Source: Acanthaster planci (taxonomy: Eukaryota). Taken from it: a stretch of DNA of 64,000 nucleotides. Below, piece by piece: positions 23,699 to 36,800 of this stretch. The DNA lies in NCBI RefSeq assembly GCF_001949145.1, contig NW_019091357.1, positions 748,671-812,670 on the forward strand, read 5' to 3'. A model generated the notes under the pieces. It worked only from the letters and a program-made list of their open reading frames with translations, did not search any database and had not been told where the DNA came from. The position numbers and the translations under genes are program-made. Each line of letters begins with the position of its first letter. The first letter of the stretch is position 1.

Positions 23699-25928
23699 TA
23701 ATTGGCATTACGTTATATGTGTCAAGGGAGACACTGGGGGCTCATGTACATGTGCGTTAAGGAAAATACAACCGGCTGTTACTGTCACTTTTGTGACTCA
23801 CAATTAACCGACAGGTCTTGTCTGGCATGCAAACTCAGGATATGCAATCCGACCAAAACCGCACGTAATAGTCAGTTCGCTCAGTCAGCCCTTGGTTTCA
23901 GCAAAAGGTTCTAGCATGAACAAATGACCAAGGGTACACCTGATCAACTGGAGAATGAGGCTCTAAGAACCGAAAGAGGAACGCAGGCAGTTTAACGGGC
24001 ATGTGGCACGTAGTGGCTTGGGGAAAAGTGACAGGCGTACCCCGATAGTGCCAGGAACTTCCTCGTTCCAGAAATATTTAGTGGCGTCCGTATTATGACA
24101 GGTTTCTCTTTTGCCCATTACAGGAAGTGTTGTCGTCGTATCAGGCCGGGCCATGAGGACCTTTTGGCCCCCTCCAAGGGAACCGGATTCAGAGAAGGAA
24201 ATCGCTTTTCCATCTTGGAGACTTCCCGTGTGCTAAGAAATTCTGAATGGATTTAAGAGTTACCGCATACCTAACATTAGTCAGTCAGATTTAAGGACAC
24301 CGACCAGTGATTTCAATCTCACTTCTAAATGACCTATCTGCCCCAAATGGGTCTGTGGTGGTGGGGGGTATAGTGGTGTCAACGCTTCAACGCGCGTAAT
24401 CAAACCTCGGCTGTGAAATGTGTCCTCAGAACACATGGAATTAAGGCAAACTAGCTATGAATGGCTGAAAAAGACGGGTTATATTTAACACAATCGAGAG
24501 CCTTCAGGCATAGTGGTGAGATTTTCTAGTTTTTCTGGCCCAAACGAGATAGCAAAGAATAAGAAATGAGGTCACAATTATTTCTTTCCTGCAGGTACCG
24601 AGGTCATCCAAGTAATAATGTGGATTTTGTCAGCACGCCTGACAACCGACAGACAATGATGGCCCTAAGCTGCCACTGTCAACTCCAAAAAACGCGTTTC
24701 CAATACAACCGACCTTATTATCCCTTGGACTCAAAATATTCATGGTGTTGACGGTTTGGTTTGAGGGTGTTTTCGCTTAAATTCGACGACCAATTGCAAG
24801 GGATATTTCAGTGTAGCTTCCTGTAACAGGGACTGGGACAACAATGGCCAGGCAATCTCTTGCTAAGCCAATCAGATAGAGAACAACTATATGTCTCTGT
24901 CACTTGGATGATCATCCTTTGATGATGTCTGCCAGCCGTAGGGCCACGTCACGCTTTTCTAACAAGTTTTCAACCACGTGAGTCACTGGCGACAAAACTG
25001 TAAAAGGACGCCTAGAATATTTGCCAAAACATGTATGCCGATCAGTGAAAGACCACATCTTCCCAGATCTGTTAAACCCATTACAGCGCTGAAGTGTTCT
25101 GACATTTGTTGCTCGTTCGCACTTTCACGGTACTCCTCACTGCTGCGTGAATGGATTCGTTAGGCTGTGTAACGGTGACATTACAGCACGTGGGAAACTG
25201 TGACTGCACTTGCTTATCTACACGTAAGGGCCTAGATCTCGTGATTCCACAATTATACCACCACCAATTGGTCGAAGGGTTGACAAAAATCTGTCAAACC
25301 TAACAGTAAACACTACTCAACCAAAAGATAGGAGACGGAAAGTTTGGTCACTTCATTTTCAACTCTACCTCTTGGCATACACACCACAGGTATTAAAGCC
25401 TAGGGTGATCCATGTTGGTCGGCAGTGTTGATTTTGTTGGTAGCGATGCGACCATAACGCGTGCATTTCATAGTCGTTTGTGAACCAGTGAAGTGCAGTT
25501 CTGACCAAAGGAGCATGTGTTGCCTAGATAATTTCGCCCTCTCCTGGTCCAGCTCGGGGTTCATAGCCCAGCATTAATGTTTTGCAGTTGTTTGATTTTT
25601 AAGTATGTTATAACATAATATGTTCATTGTAATATGGCAAATAGACGGGAGATGTGATTCAGACCTTTGGTTTTGTCGCTCAGACTTGCTATGCATGTTG
25701 CAGACCTCACATTACCGGTTTCGAATCTGTACACGTGTTATTCACTCCAAACTATGCATTATTAATTAGTTATCTCAGTGCAACGTGACCCTTTCAGTCT
25801 GGTGCTTTATGTTTCGGAGTACTTTCAGAATACTTATCGGGGAATCAGAAGACAATTGTAAACAGTACAGCCAGACCATGTTTCTTCATTTGTAAAATGT
25901 CATTTTCACCTGGTAGGCTGTTTCGTAC

Positions 25929-25950
25929 CTTGTTTTTGTTTGCTGTGCAT
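25929..25950 (-). CDS. TGIF: Candidate TGIF first coding exon A (MHSKQKQ + phase 1)
   Basis: Minus strand ATG CAC AGC AAA CAA AAA CAA G|GTACGA; splices in frame to 23405 (392 aa); short basic N-terminus like the vertebrate TGIF1 MKGKKG. Confidence 0.55.
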
Positions 25951-28900
25951 CCGACCGAATTTTAACAGCAATGAAAAAATTATGAAAACAGCAGCGGCCG
26001 CAAATTCGACACAAATAGATAGAATTACCAATAGATGTTGTTGACATTGTCTTCGTAGAAAATCAATTGGAGATTCAGAGGTACAATTCTGGAGAATGAG
26101 GTTTTTTCCGTCAAAAAATAAACTAACAAACAAAAAACCCAAATTCTGCAGCACATCGATTGAAATACAGTAAGGTGAAAATTATGTTTTGCAGAGCTGA
26201 CATACGGTACACATCAGACGGCATCTTGAAATTTCCTGCATAATGCCAGCCCAGATATTGTGGCGTTGCAGATTTAATTGTAAATTGAGAAACAGGGGCA
26301 AGAGATCCGTCCCCAGGATATAACAATATTTGGCTCCCAAAAAAGCTAACTCCACATTCCTGGCCGTGTGGATTTATACCAAAATCTGACGATGAGAGGA
26401 AACAGATGACACAAGATGCCAACACGTCTTGATATGAGCAGACCTTTTAGCGAAAATTCCCCGAAATAGCATTCACAGACAAAGACCTTTCACTTCCAAT
26501 GCTTCCTCAATTATATCAATAACATCGAGCTTTAACAAGGCCGCTTTGCAGGGATTTTCCAAACTTGCACCAGCTTCGAACGGTGATGTGAAAAAATGAG
26601 CATTTTTTAATTCCAATAGTGCGAAACGTACCCCCAATAGAAAAGAACAAATTGCTTGCCGCAGTGCATGCCACGTGCCATGAAAAACCTGCCTTGCACC
26701 TGGGAGCCAACGCTTTCTGAAAAGGCGGAGAGGAAATGGATAAGCGAACGGAGGATGTGATTGGATAGGATGAGCGGGTAATCCTTTGTATCCAGGTATA
26801 CAATGCCATGGAGACACGCACCTCTCTATAAACTGTAATGCCCTTTGGTTGAATGGATCAATTACAGAGGCGCTCCTGATTGTGAGCCGCGCATACACAC
26901 AGGAGAATCCAACATGTGTGCGACAGATTGCGCGATGTTTGCGCAACGTGGCAACACGTGATCAATTCAACCGAAATACTGCATAACACTGCATGAGTTT
27001 TTCGTGTTTTCACACACAGCAAGCGCCGTGTAGTAATTCAGATCGTTAATTGTACCGGGCTTAAAATCAATTTCGTTCCGTTTACTATTCTACGGAATAC
27101 CACGAAGGACACAAAGACATACCACGACGACAGCGTCGATAAAATAAGTGTGAACCCCGAAACTGAAGCTCTAGGTATAAGTTTATAAAAACAACTTGAC
27201 CTCTTCAGTGACGCCACGATTACCTGCCATTAGTAGATCCATGTCAGTGAAATCAAAAATTTCACTCAAACTACTAACTAGGCCCTAACGAATATTTCTT
27301 ACTTTAATTAATTCTTGCTTAGAAATTCAGCCTATCACAATCTGACGTTTTCTCGCTCACACCGCTTACTCACAAAACAATAAGCACCACTTGTCCAACC
27401 ATCGAGCTGCCTGGCCAACGCACCAACCTGTTGGTCTGTTTAATCATGCTGAACACACACACTCTTAAGCGTAACGCGCTTGTTTGTAGCGCCATAAGGA
27501 TGAACAAATATGGCAGGCAAAGGAAACGGCAAAGAAAGTCTTTGGCGGGGGTACCACTCCGAACAGCCGGTTCGCTGAGAAATAACCACTTGCTGCACTC
27601 AAGGATAAGCAGCATCTGATAGTGACAGGTCGTGGGATTGAGGTTAAATGGTGACACATCAAACACGTGCCACGTAGTCTGTGTAGTTAGCAGATGCACA
27701 CAGGGTTTTTTTTTTGGGGGGGGGGAGTAATTAGAAAGGCGATGTTTGTTCCATCCTTTTTTGCCCGCCCCTCATAAAGTGTGGCCCACAGAAAATATGG
27801 CTCTGGATCCGCCCTTGAGTCGGGGGTGTTACGGAGAACCACCAGTACAGTTTTCAAGCTGATCCAACAGGGAAATAACAGCTGTCAGACCGAGGAAGGT
27901 TACTGGCCACGCGCACTCAATTAGCACGAGACAATGGCAACTCGCCACGTGTTGTCGAGGGCTTATTGTTATCGAACTTTTAACTCGTGCTAGGCAGACA
28001 CAGACTGCGGGCTGTCAGAAAACAATGTGTAAACGCATTAATTGAATTAATTAATAATGGACACGTGCCAGAATCAAACTCGATCTGCCCACAGATCACC
28101 CAAACATCTTCAAGGACATGGGTTAAAGATCATGGGGTCAGAAGATGACAGAAGTAGAGTTTCGAGGACATTGCCCGCAACTTTACCGCAATTTTAAAAA
28201 GGTCAGGCTGGATTAGAACAGCTGTTAGCCGTATCTGTTTCTGAAAAACCAAATATAACCAAAGAACATTAAATTAACTGGTTATTATTAAATGTCAACA
28301 GGCGAAAACATGAATCATAGTTGGTCCACAGGTGACTATTTAAAACCACGAACTTTCTCCTGTGCACGACCAAAAGCAACATAGAAAGCAAGTGGTGAAA
28401 ACGGTACCAGGAAATAGCAGGTGGAATTTCTTTTAGCATGAACAGACAAAGTGTCCACTGAGGTTTGGGAGACATGAAAAGTTGAAAACCCACCCAAACA
28501 GGGGCACGAGGTTCCCCTCGGTTACCCATTGTCCTTACTGATAAACACTTGGCGGAAGTAAACAATTTATGGGGTTATTGGATAAGATGCAGAAAACATT
28601 TTTAAAAATGACCGGACGTTGAGGTGGAGGGAGACAAATCTGTGTTTTGCTGCATGCCTTTGCCGCCACGACAGTTGACATGTGGGCTAAATATGACATC
28701 GTGTAGCGATCTGGGGACAGGTATTTATCCCACTTGTGGCAGGAAACGTCTTTGGTTAACGAAAGTTCCAAACACGGTTGGGTGGAAAATAATAAGATAA
28801 TCTGTTAATGCCCTCCATCCGGAGTTCAACAATCCAAGAAAAAACATTTTAATGTAATCTTTGACAGCCTAACTTATTTCCGGACCTCAAGTGTAAAAGG

Positions 28901-30781
28901 CTCTCCTCAGGATTTGGGGGAAGTTTTATTATTTTGTTTTCTGCGGACAGGGTCCAGAGAATTGCCTATGGCTACTGGGAGCCGTCGTGCCTTTCCAGAC
29001 GGCTGACCAACCGCGTGATGAGCTTTTCCGGTGTGTTGTCAGCGCAGAAAGGGTTTTAGTCTCAGCACAACAGCTCGGGGCTCGGCAGGTAAGCCAGTAC
29101 ATATCTTTGATATTCCGAGAAATTTAAATGGGATAACGTCATACATTTACTGCACCACATTTGCTCCCAATTTCAAAACCTTGGGAACGAGGACAACATG
29201 TATGCAATGATGGGATTAGAGATAAGGGTGATCAAAGCTTGCCATAGCCGAGGGTTTCCTGGTCCATCTGCTGGATTCGAACTTCCGAGCCCGAGATACA
29301 TCTCTTGCAAGGGTCAGTGTTGGCTGATGGATGTTTCTCCTCACAGACGTTAACCGTATTCAGGCCCGCCATTTGACGGAATTCAGGAACTAATTAAGTC
29401 TGCCAACCATTTGTGTTACATCAAATTAATGCACCTGACATGAAGACCGGGCTCATGTCACAACCAATTGATGATTCTATCAACCCAAAGCAGGTATCTT
29501 TCCCCCTTCCATTACACTACACATCCGTCATTTCCCGTCTCTTTCTAATTCCAAAACTTGCGATGACTCAATTAGCTCCATGCCGGATATGTCTACCAAG
29601 ATGAGTGGACAAGGCTCACGATGGTCAGACCGAAACGCAATCGTGTGATGCCCCTTGTATTTTTTAAATGACTTCATCGTTGAAAAAAAAAGAGTTCTGC
29701 CGAGAGTTCAAGCCCGCTAGATAGCATTATCATGTGGCACTGACGGAAATAATGCAATTTGATAAGTAAATTGCACCCAAAATATACTCGGGTCATATCT
29801 CTGCATATCATATCATATCACTCACTCGTGACCACTTCCAAGTGCTCGTCACCAAAGTAACTGGTGTTGATTCTGTCGATGAAGAGAGGTCAGATTTCAT
29901 ATTGCGCAGCCATGTTTTCCTTGCCAACTTGAGCGATCAGCTTGACAGGGTCCTACTCGTATAAATCGGTTTATCAGACGCCGACTCGCGGTACTTTCCC
30001 CAAATGGCAAATAACTTGCGAGATATTTTCACTCCGAAGACTTTCCCAAGACCTATCTCCCTTCACCAAAAGCCACATTTTTGCACAGAAAACCCCAGAA
30101 CGTCAGATGACGCACGAAAGTTGACATAGGACAGTTTTCTTTCGACAGCCATGAGCGTTTAGATATAAAATGTCAAAAACTCGCAACCCCGGCCCCTCTG
30201 AACTTGATTTAGAGAAATGAATAGGACTACTAAAGGCCACAAAAACAGGCTTGTTGCCATGATAATGCCACAAAAGATACATCCTTCCATATATTCCATC
30301 GTTTTTCAACAAGCCACTTTCTACAAATACAGGCTGGGATAACAATTGTGACGAGCTGAACCCGTGCACTCACTGTGGTCATGCTCATAATAAGCGAGCT
30401 TTTGTACCCGTTCATCCAGTCGTAAATAAGGAAAGCCGATCGAAATGTTGATCAGAGTTCAGCGAAGACGATGTGGCGTGAAATGCTGACCCTGCCTGGA
30501 AATAGACACCTTTTTGCGCATGTGCGAACGAAGAGGCGGTGTGTATAAGTTCGAGTCAGAGTCTATATCTATATTTAGCACAGTCAAATCAGGTATCATC
30601 AAGGAGTGTTTCAACTATCTCAGTTATATATATGTCAGTTTTTGAGGTTTTTTTTTACTGTTTACTACTTTATGGCATAGACTACAACAAAGACTGCCAA
30701 AATACGAATTGCTTCAACAACGTGCCTTACTGTTCACGCGCGACAGAAAGTCTTACAGTTAAGCCGAGGAAAAGATAGTAC

Positions 30782-30830
30782 CTTCTGAACTACTCAACTG
30801 CGAATTTCTAGCGCACCGGAACGACAACAT
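30782..30830 (-). CDS. TGIF: Candidate TGIF alternative first coding exon B (MLSFRCARNSQLSSSE + phase 1)
   Basis: Minus strand aaATG...GAA G|GTACTA, 49 nt, in frame with the acceptor at 23405 (401 aa). Confidence 0.4.
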
Positions 30831-33800
30831 TTCGAAGTTACAATCTTGACTCCAAACAGACTGGTACTTTTGTACTGCGGTGCTATCCAAAATGCACGTG
30901 AACTAAGCCTTTCAACTTTAACCGCTGCTGTAAAACTTTGCTGCTCTTAATCTTAACGCATAATCATGCAAGGTCTTTCCCAGCGCATCAAAGAAATGCC
31001 AGCGATGACCGGTATCGCCTTTTAAACACCCTTCAAGGTTATTGGGAAATTTAGGATCACTGTTTGATCAGCGAGGTGCATGGGTTCGCTCCAATGCGTC
31101 ACCGATCTGTTAAAAGAATAACGTCCCTAGTTGGGCAGGGAATATGAAGGACAGTTGAATTTGAAAAAAAATCTAAACTATTCATATCCACATGATGACC
31201 TTGGTGTTGCACTCAATATAACGTCCTTAGCTGGGACTTGGATTTGCGTCCAGGCACCCGACTATGCATAAAAATATGACATTCAATTGACAAACTGTGC
31301 TGGTATCTTAACGAAATCAACGTCCATCAGATCCAGTTTTCCGATAGCGTTTGTAGTCCCTTCATTTTGTAAATTGGAATCCAACTTGTTATACAAAGGT
31401 TTCCTAAGCGACGGAAGAGTGATAGAAGAGTAACAAACTTTCAATGGTTGATTCTTCCAAGGACATTAAAGTCTCATTACCAGGTGTTCATCTCTTCTTA
31501 GACATACCATCTGTTAAATCGCAGACCGACTTGCCCCATGGATATTTAACAATCAAGATCTCACTCAAACAGCAGTGTAGTCGGGGAATTTTAATGGTTT
31601 TCTTGTCGTTCTCTGCGTAAAATCAGCCACCTTCCCCTCCACACCATGTACCAGGTTCGTCTACATGTATGATGTAGGCCTATTATTAAATTTTATCGGC
31701 GAGGCACGAGTTCAAAGTTCAACATGTCGATCCGAGGGTTTAACCCTCTGGGGGTCATGTTTGCTGACCCCATCGATTCACAACATCGGAAGTGTATGGA
31801 GTATACCTGGATCCAAAGTCGACTTTTGATCCGTATGGTTGGCCGATAACGTGTTTTATTATCTGGATTGCTTGTCCAAAAGAAAGCACACATGTTGGCT
31901 TTAGCACCATCCGAATGATGCTTTATATTAAGCATTCCAGGTTTATTGGAGACGGGGCAATTCATCAACCGTAGTGTTTATTATATCTCGAAAATATTGA
32001 TACACATCCACTTAAAACTATGATTCTTTTATTCCTGTGTTATAAAAATAAACTTCTAATTTTGATCAGATTATTCTGAGCTTTGCATGCAAGAGGTATG
32101 AACAAACAATCAGACAATTGAAGTAAGACATATTAGATAAACCTACCTAACTTGCTGCTACCTTTCTACTCTATTTAAATTTGGGTTTTCTTTAATACAA
32201 CAGCCGATGTCGTTCTTTCAAGTCTTGACGGGAGCTTCTTGTAATTCAAAAGTAGAAAAACGTACACTTTCGTTCCTTGAAATTGGTATGTATCGCATAA
32301 TCGAAAAGGACTCGGTTGAGCATCACATGCACTGCAACTCGCTGCTATCGGTGGCTTTATTCTCTGAATAATGCATATAAAGTCTACCATATGGTATAGC
32401 CATCGACTGCAATATGTAAATTAGACGACATAATTTCGATGTGGCAACATATAAATTCTGGTTAGGATGAACCGCTGTCTCTCGCACAAAGTGATACGCC
32501 TGGAGAGACTCACTAATAACAAGCGCTATCGCTGTGCCAGGCAAACTTTCAATGATATTAATCACATGGTCAGTGAGGTGACTGGAAACTTAAGCAGGTG
32601 TGTCGTTTCGAATTCGTAAAGAAATGGATCATTTCGACATCCGAAGATGTCACACCTAACCAGTAATCGTACGGTTCATAAACTCTCGACCATCAACTCT
32701 TGAAAATGACTTCTCTAGACTATGCAAGACCAGCCAAAATTCGACTGGAAAGGTTATTTACGGCATAACAGCTGCATCGAAAATGAGAGCAGATAAGGCA
32801 AATACATGCGATATTAGACTTTTGCATGTTCATCAATACAGCTTGCTCTGTTACAATGCTCTTACAATCTCCCACGGCAACCTCATTTGCATTTTTATGA
32901 ATGAAGCGGAACTGGACATGCGGGTTTCGAAGCTCTCATGTAGGAAAAGACTTAATAGTGATATGCGTCTGCTGGCTGAATTTGATGATTTATGGCCATA
33001 CGCGCGAGGCACACAAAGAAGTATTTCTGACGGTAGCCAGCAACAATTTCTGGCAGAAAATGTAAATTATAGCACAGAAATAGTGTGAGTAAAGAGGTAC
33101 AGGTCTAGCGAACTACCAGCAAATTGTGCACCGTATTCATCAAATGTGGAGTGCATTAGATGCACATCTGATGGCGTACAGGAAACAAAGCAGGAAGCTT
33201 TTTCCTGATACCTTGCCAGTGAGAGAAAAATTACTGAAACAGATAACAGGTCACTAATAACTATGTTTGCAGTGACGTAAACGTGCAAGAACGCCATCTT
33301 CGATAGTGACTGCACCCATTCAATGCTCCGCACTAATGGTACATCTAGTCCTCTTTTGTGACCTGGCTAGTGTTCAAAATTAAAACCCACTCCATCCACA
33401 GGCCCGAGCAGCCAACTTTGGGATGCTGGGCGTCTCCACAAAGACACCAACCTCCCCACATTTGCCTAACTAATTTACCCACATTGTACCTTAGCCCCAT
33501 CATCGACACCATAGTGAAGTCCCTTGGCAAAAAACAAAATCGACCGGGATTTACTGGCCCCTTTGTCCTTTGCCGAGGACAGGTAAGGGTGCCAAGACAG
33601 AGCAAATTAGTCTTGGCTGATGACCCTTTTGGAATTCGACCGCTGTCAGACGGGTTTTCGATTTTTTCCTTTCGTCTCTGTGGTGCGTTTGGGATGTGGT
33701 CCTACATAAGGCTACAGCGTTTGAAAGAAAATGACCCGCGCATTGAGAAATTTCAGTGGGTTTTTGTCTAGGTGCGCCGAGATCGTCACACAGACCGTCT

Positions 33801-36800
33801 TAATCATGGATTATTCGCCCACCAAGAACGACTCTGCGAAAGACCGAGTTGTTCGGAGGTTTCACTCGCCTGCCAAGACGCGGGACCGACGCGGCGGGGG
33901 ATCAGTTAAAAATAGTCGGCCTAGACACATCCGGGCCGAGCTCGTTTTGAAGCACACCTCGTGTACCCAAGGTCAATGGCTGTCAATTCACAGTTTCTAT
34001 TTAGACGCTCCACCCAAGGGCACGTGACCGGGTCTGATCTCACAAATTTAGCTTACAAGCTGCCCGCCATTTTAAGAAGACCTGTTTAAATGAGTAACCA
34101 GCACAATCTGTGCAGCCCCTCTGGAATGACGACAGCATACCGTCAATATTTACTCAGAGACCCCTCATGAGGCTTGTCGTTACGCTCGCCGAGGTATTTT
34201 ACTCAAGATAAAGAGTGGTAAAATTGGTCCAAGTTTTACTTTTTGTTCTGGACTGATTTCAGGTTTGTTTTGAACACTGAAAAGCCAGTAAGTACTGAAC
34301 ACCATGCGGAATTTTTTTTCAGAAAACTTATGACGACGATAAACTTTAAAAGAAACGTTCAAATAACGATGACGTAACATTAGAGCAAACTTTGACAGTT
34401 TGATCAACCACACATACAGACCCAACGGGGTGACTGTCAAAATGATTGGTCGCCTATGAGCCCGGGACCCGGCGTATTACGTTTAAAATACACAGCCTAG
34501 CTTTTAAATTTAAAGCGTTCAGCTAATCCGACTCTCTCTTTGCAGTCACAGGATATAAATTCTTATTGATTGCCGGGAGATGACCCCCTGAATAGAGCGG
34601 GGTGTGCTTTGCACGTTTGACAGTTCTCCTATAGAATTGGTAATCAAACGCCCTTGGGGTAACTCGCCAGCAACCCGGAAGACCAGAAAAGCCAGAAAAA
34701 AGTGGTTCGACTTTGTACACAAAGCTTATTGTATGACAATGCTTGAGTGGGCCGAGGTGACTGTGCCACTGCTAGAGTGATTTTCGCCCTGTCTGGAACG
34801 CTCGCGTTACTATAGGGACATGGAGACCATGATTTCCAAAGCACACATCATTACGGGCAGACTAGCGTGAGCGTCATCAGCTGTAGTTAGAAATCACTAT
34901 CTGGTTAAAACATTACAAGGCACAATGGCATAACAAAACTGCGCTGAGCTGAGCCGCATTGTACACCCTACACTGGCTTCGTATCGAGCTCCTCTACCAT
35001 TGTAGATCAATTACATCGCTGTTGTTTCAGTAGCCAGTCAAGGATAAGAAGTGCAACCAAAACACGATGCAGACAACATGAAAAAAGTGGGACTAAGCCC
35101 ACATGTTGGGTGATGCATGGTGTGTCAGGGTCTTGCGGTAACTCGTGAGCCCGTATCATGCCAACGCAACCTACTGGGTCTCAGGACCTCGCGTGGTTAT
35201 GTCACTTCCCCGCACGCTGCCCCTTTTTTTTTTAATCCCGCTCTCCAAGCTGTCTAGCAAGATTGTGACATTATTGCGATCCGAGATTTACGAGCGATCA
35301 TGTGACTTTTTCCCCTGATAGGGCGAGGGAATGCCGGGTCTTGGCACATGCTGCCACAAAAAGTGACCTTGAGGATTAAAAAGGAACTTTTTGTTGGTTT
35401 TTTAAGTCGTAAAATCTGATCTTGATTCATGTGCGCCACTTTGTTTCTGAAAACGGGCCAAAGGCTCCGTTAGGCAACCAGTTGCTGGTAAGCCTCCCCC
35501 TGTAAGATAAACACTAAGTCACCGAGCTAAATATGTTTGCAGTGTATTCTATTTATGTCTAGGGTGAGACCGAAGAAAACGAAATAACCACAAGGACTTG
35601 ATCATGGTCCCACAGCAGTGTAAGACACCCCTTACAGTACCCATTTCTTGTGTTCTATATTAACTGTTATGCATTATGAAAAGACCACGAGGGTAAACTC
35701 AAGATTTCCCACATTCTGAAATAAATTGTTTGAAAAATCCTGAAATCAGGAATAATATCACGATGAAAAAGACCTGACAAATCTCACCCCTGCAGGCTGC
35801 ACCATATCGTTGGGCAACCTGTACAAAAAACTCAAACCAAACTTGCGCTGCACACAACAGGTATGTCGACATTTATCGTGGGAAGTTGATTCGATATTGA
35901 GCACACTTGTTGGGTGTCTGAAAGGAGCTTTGATATTGAAGCTTTGACATTTTCAGGCCTGGCAATTTGACCACAGAGGCGGTATTCAGTTATTCACGAT
36001 TCGATAGAATTGACAGAGAAAGAATGTAGTTACCACCTGCGGAGTCATGTGACTGTTCACTGCACTCTATAACTGGCATTAGTTTTTATACTAATCGTAA
36101 ATTCAGGTTTCTCCATAGTACAAACATCCCGAGGGAGGTGGTTGGCACATTTGTCTTTTCAAAACACTCTGCAGATCAAGTTCCCGGATTCGACAACTTT
36201 TCCCACGTCCCAATAATGTCGCGATCAGTAGCGTGATTTTAAAAAGGCTTACCGGAGTGTACGCGTCTCTTTACCCTTTGGTAACAGCAGTTTAAGCTGC
36301 GACCCATACCGAGTATTGACTTTGATATACGACCACGATCCTTATGTCTCTAAATATAAAACATACCCGCATTTATGCATGCAACTACTAGACCGTTTTC
36401 AATTAAGCTCTTAATGATGTCAACACAGTGTTTAAATCAACCAATCCTCATCAGTCTACTGCCATAATTGTAAGTTACAGATGGTACGTTAAAATGTAGA
36501 TTTCTGGGAACAATTTCCCGGCGGTAACGCAACGATGCACCATGGATGCACGAAGTGTGAGCGGGCCTTGTCGTGGTCTAGCAACGCCCTATACCATTAG
36601 TATCATGCCAACACAACAGATCACCACACGATCACGGGCGCCCATGCGGTTAACGTTTAGCCACCACGTTGGTCATGTCTAAAATAAGACCACGCGGCAG
36701 CAATGACGCATTTAGATCAGTGCACTCGGCCCACTCAAACCAATGTTGCTGTTTTGGATGATGTCATTTTGGTCAAACTCAGTTGCTCGGTTGAATACAT

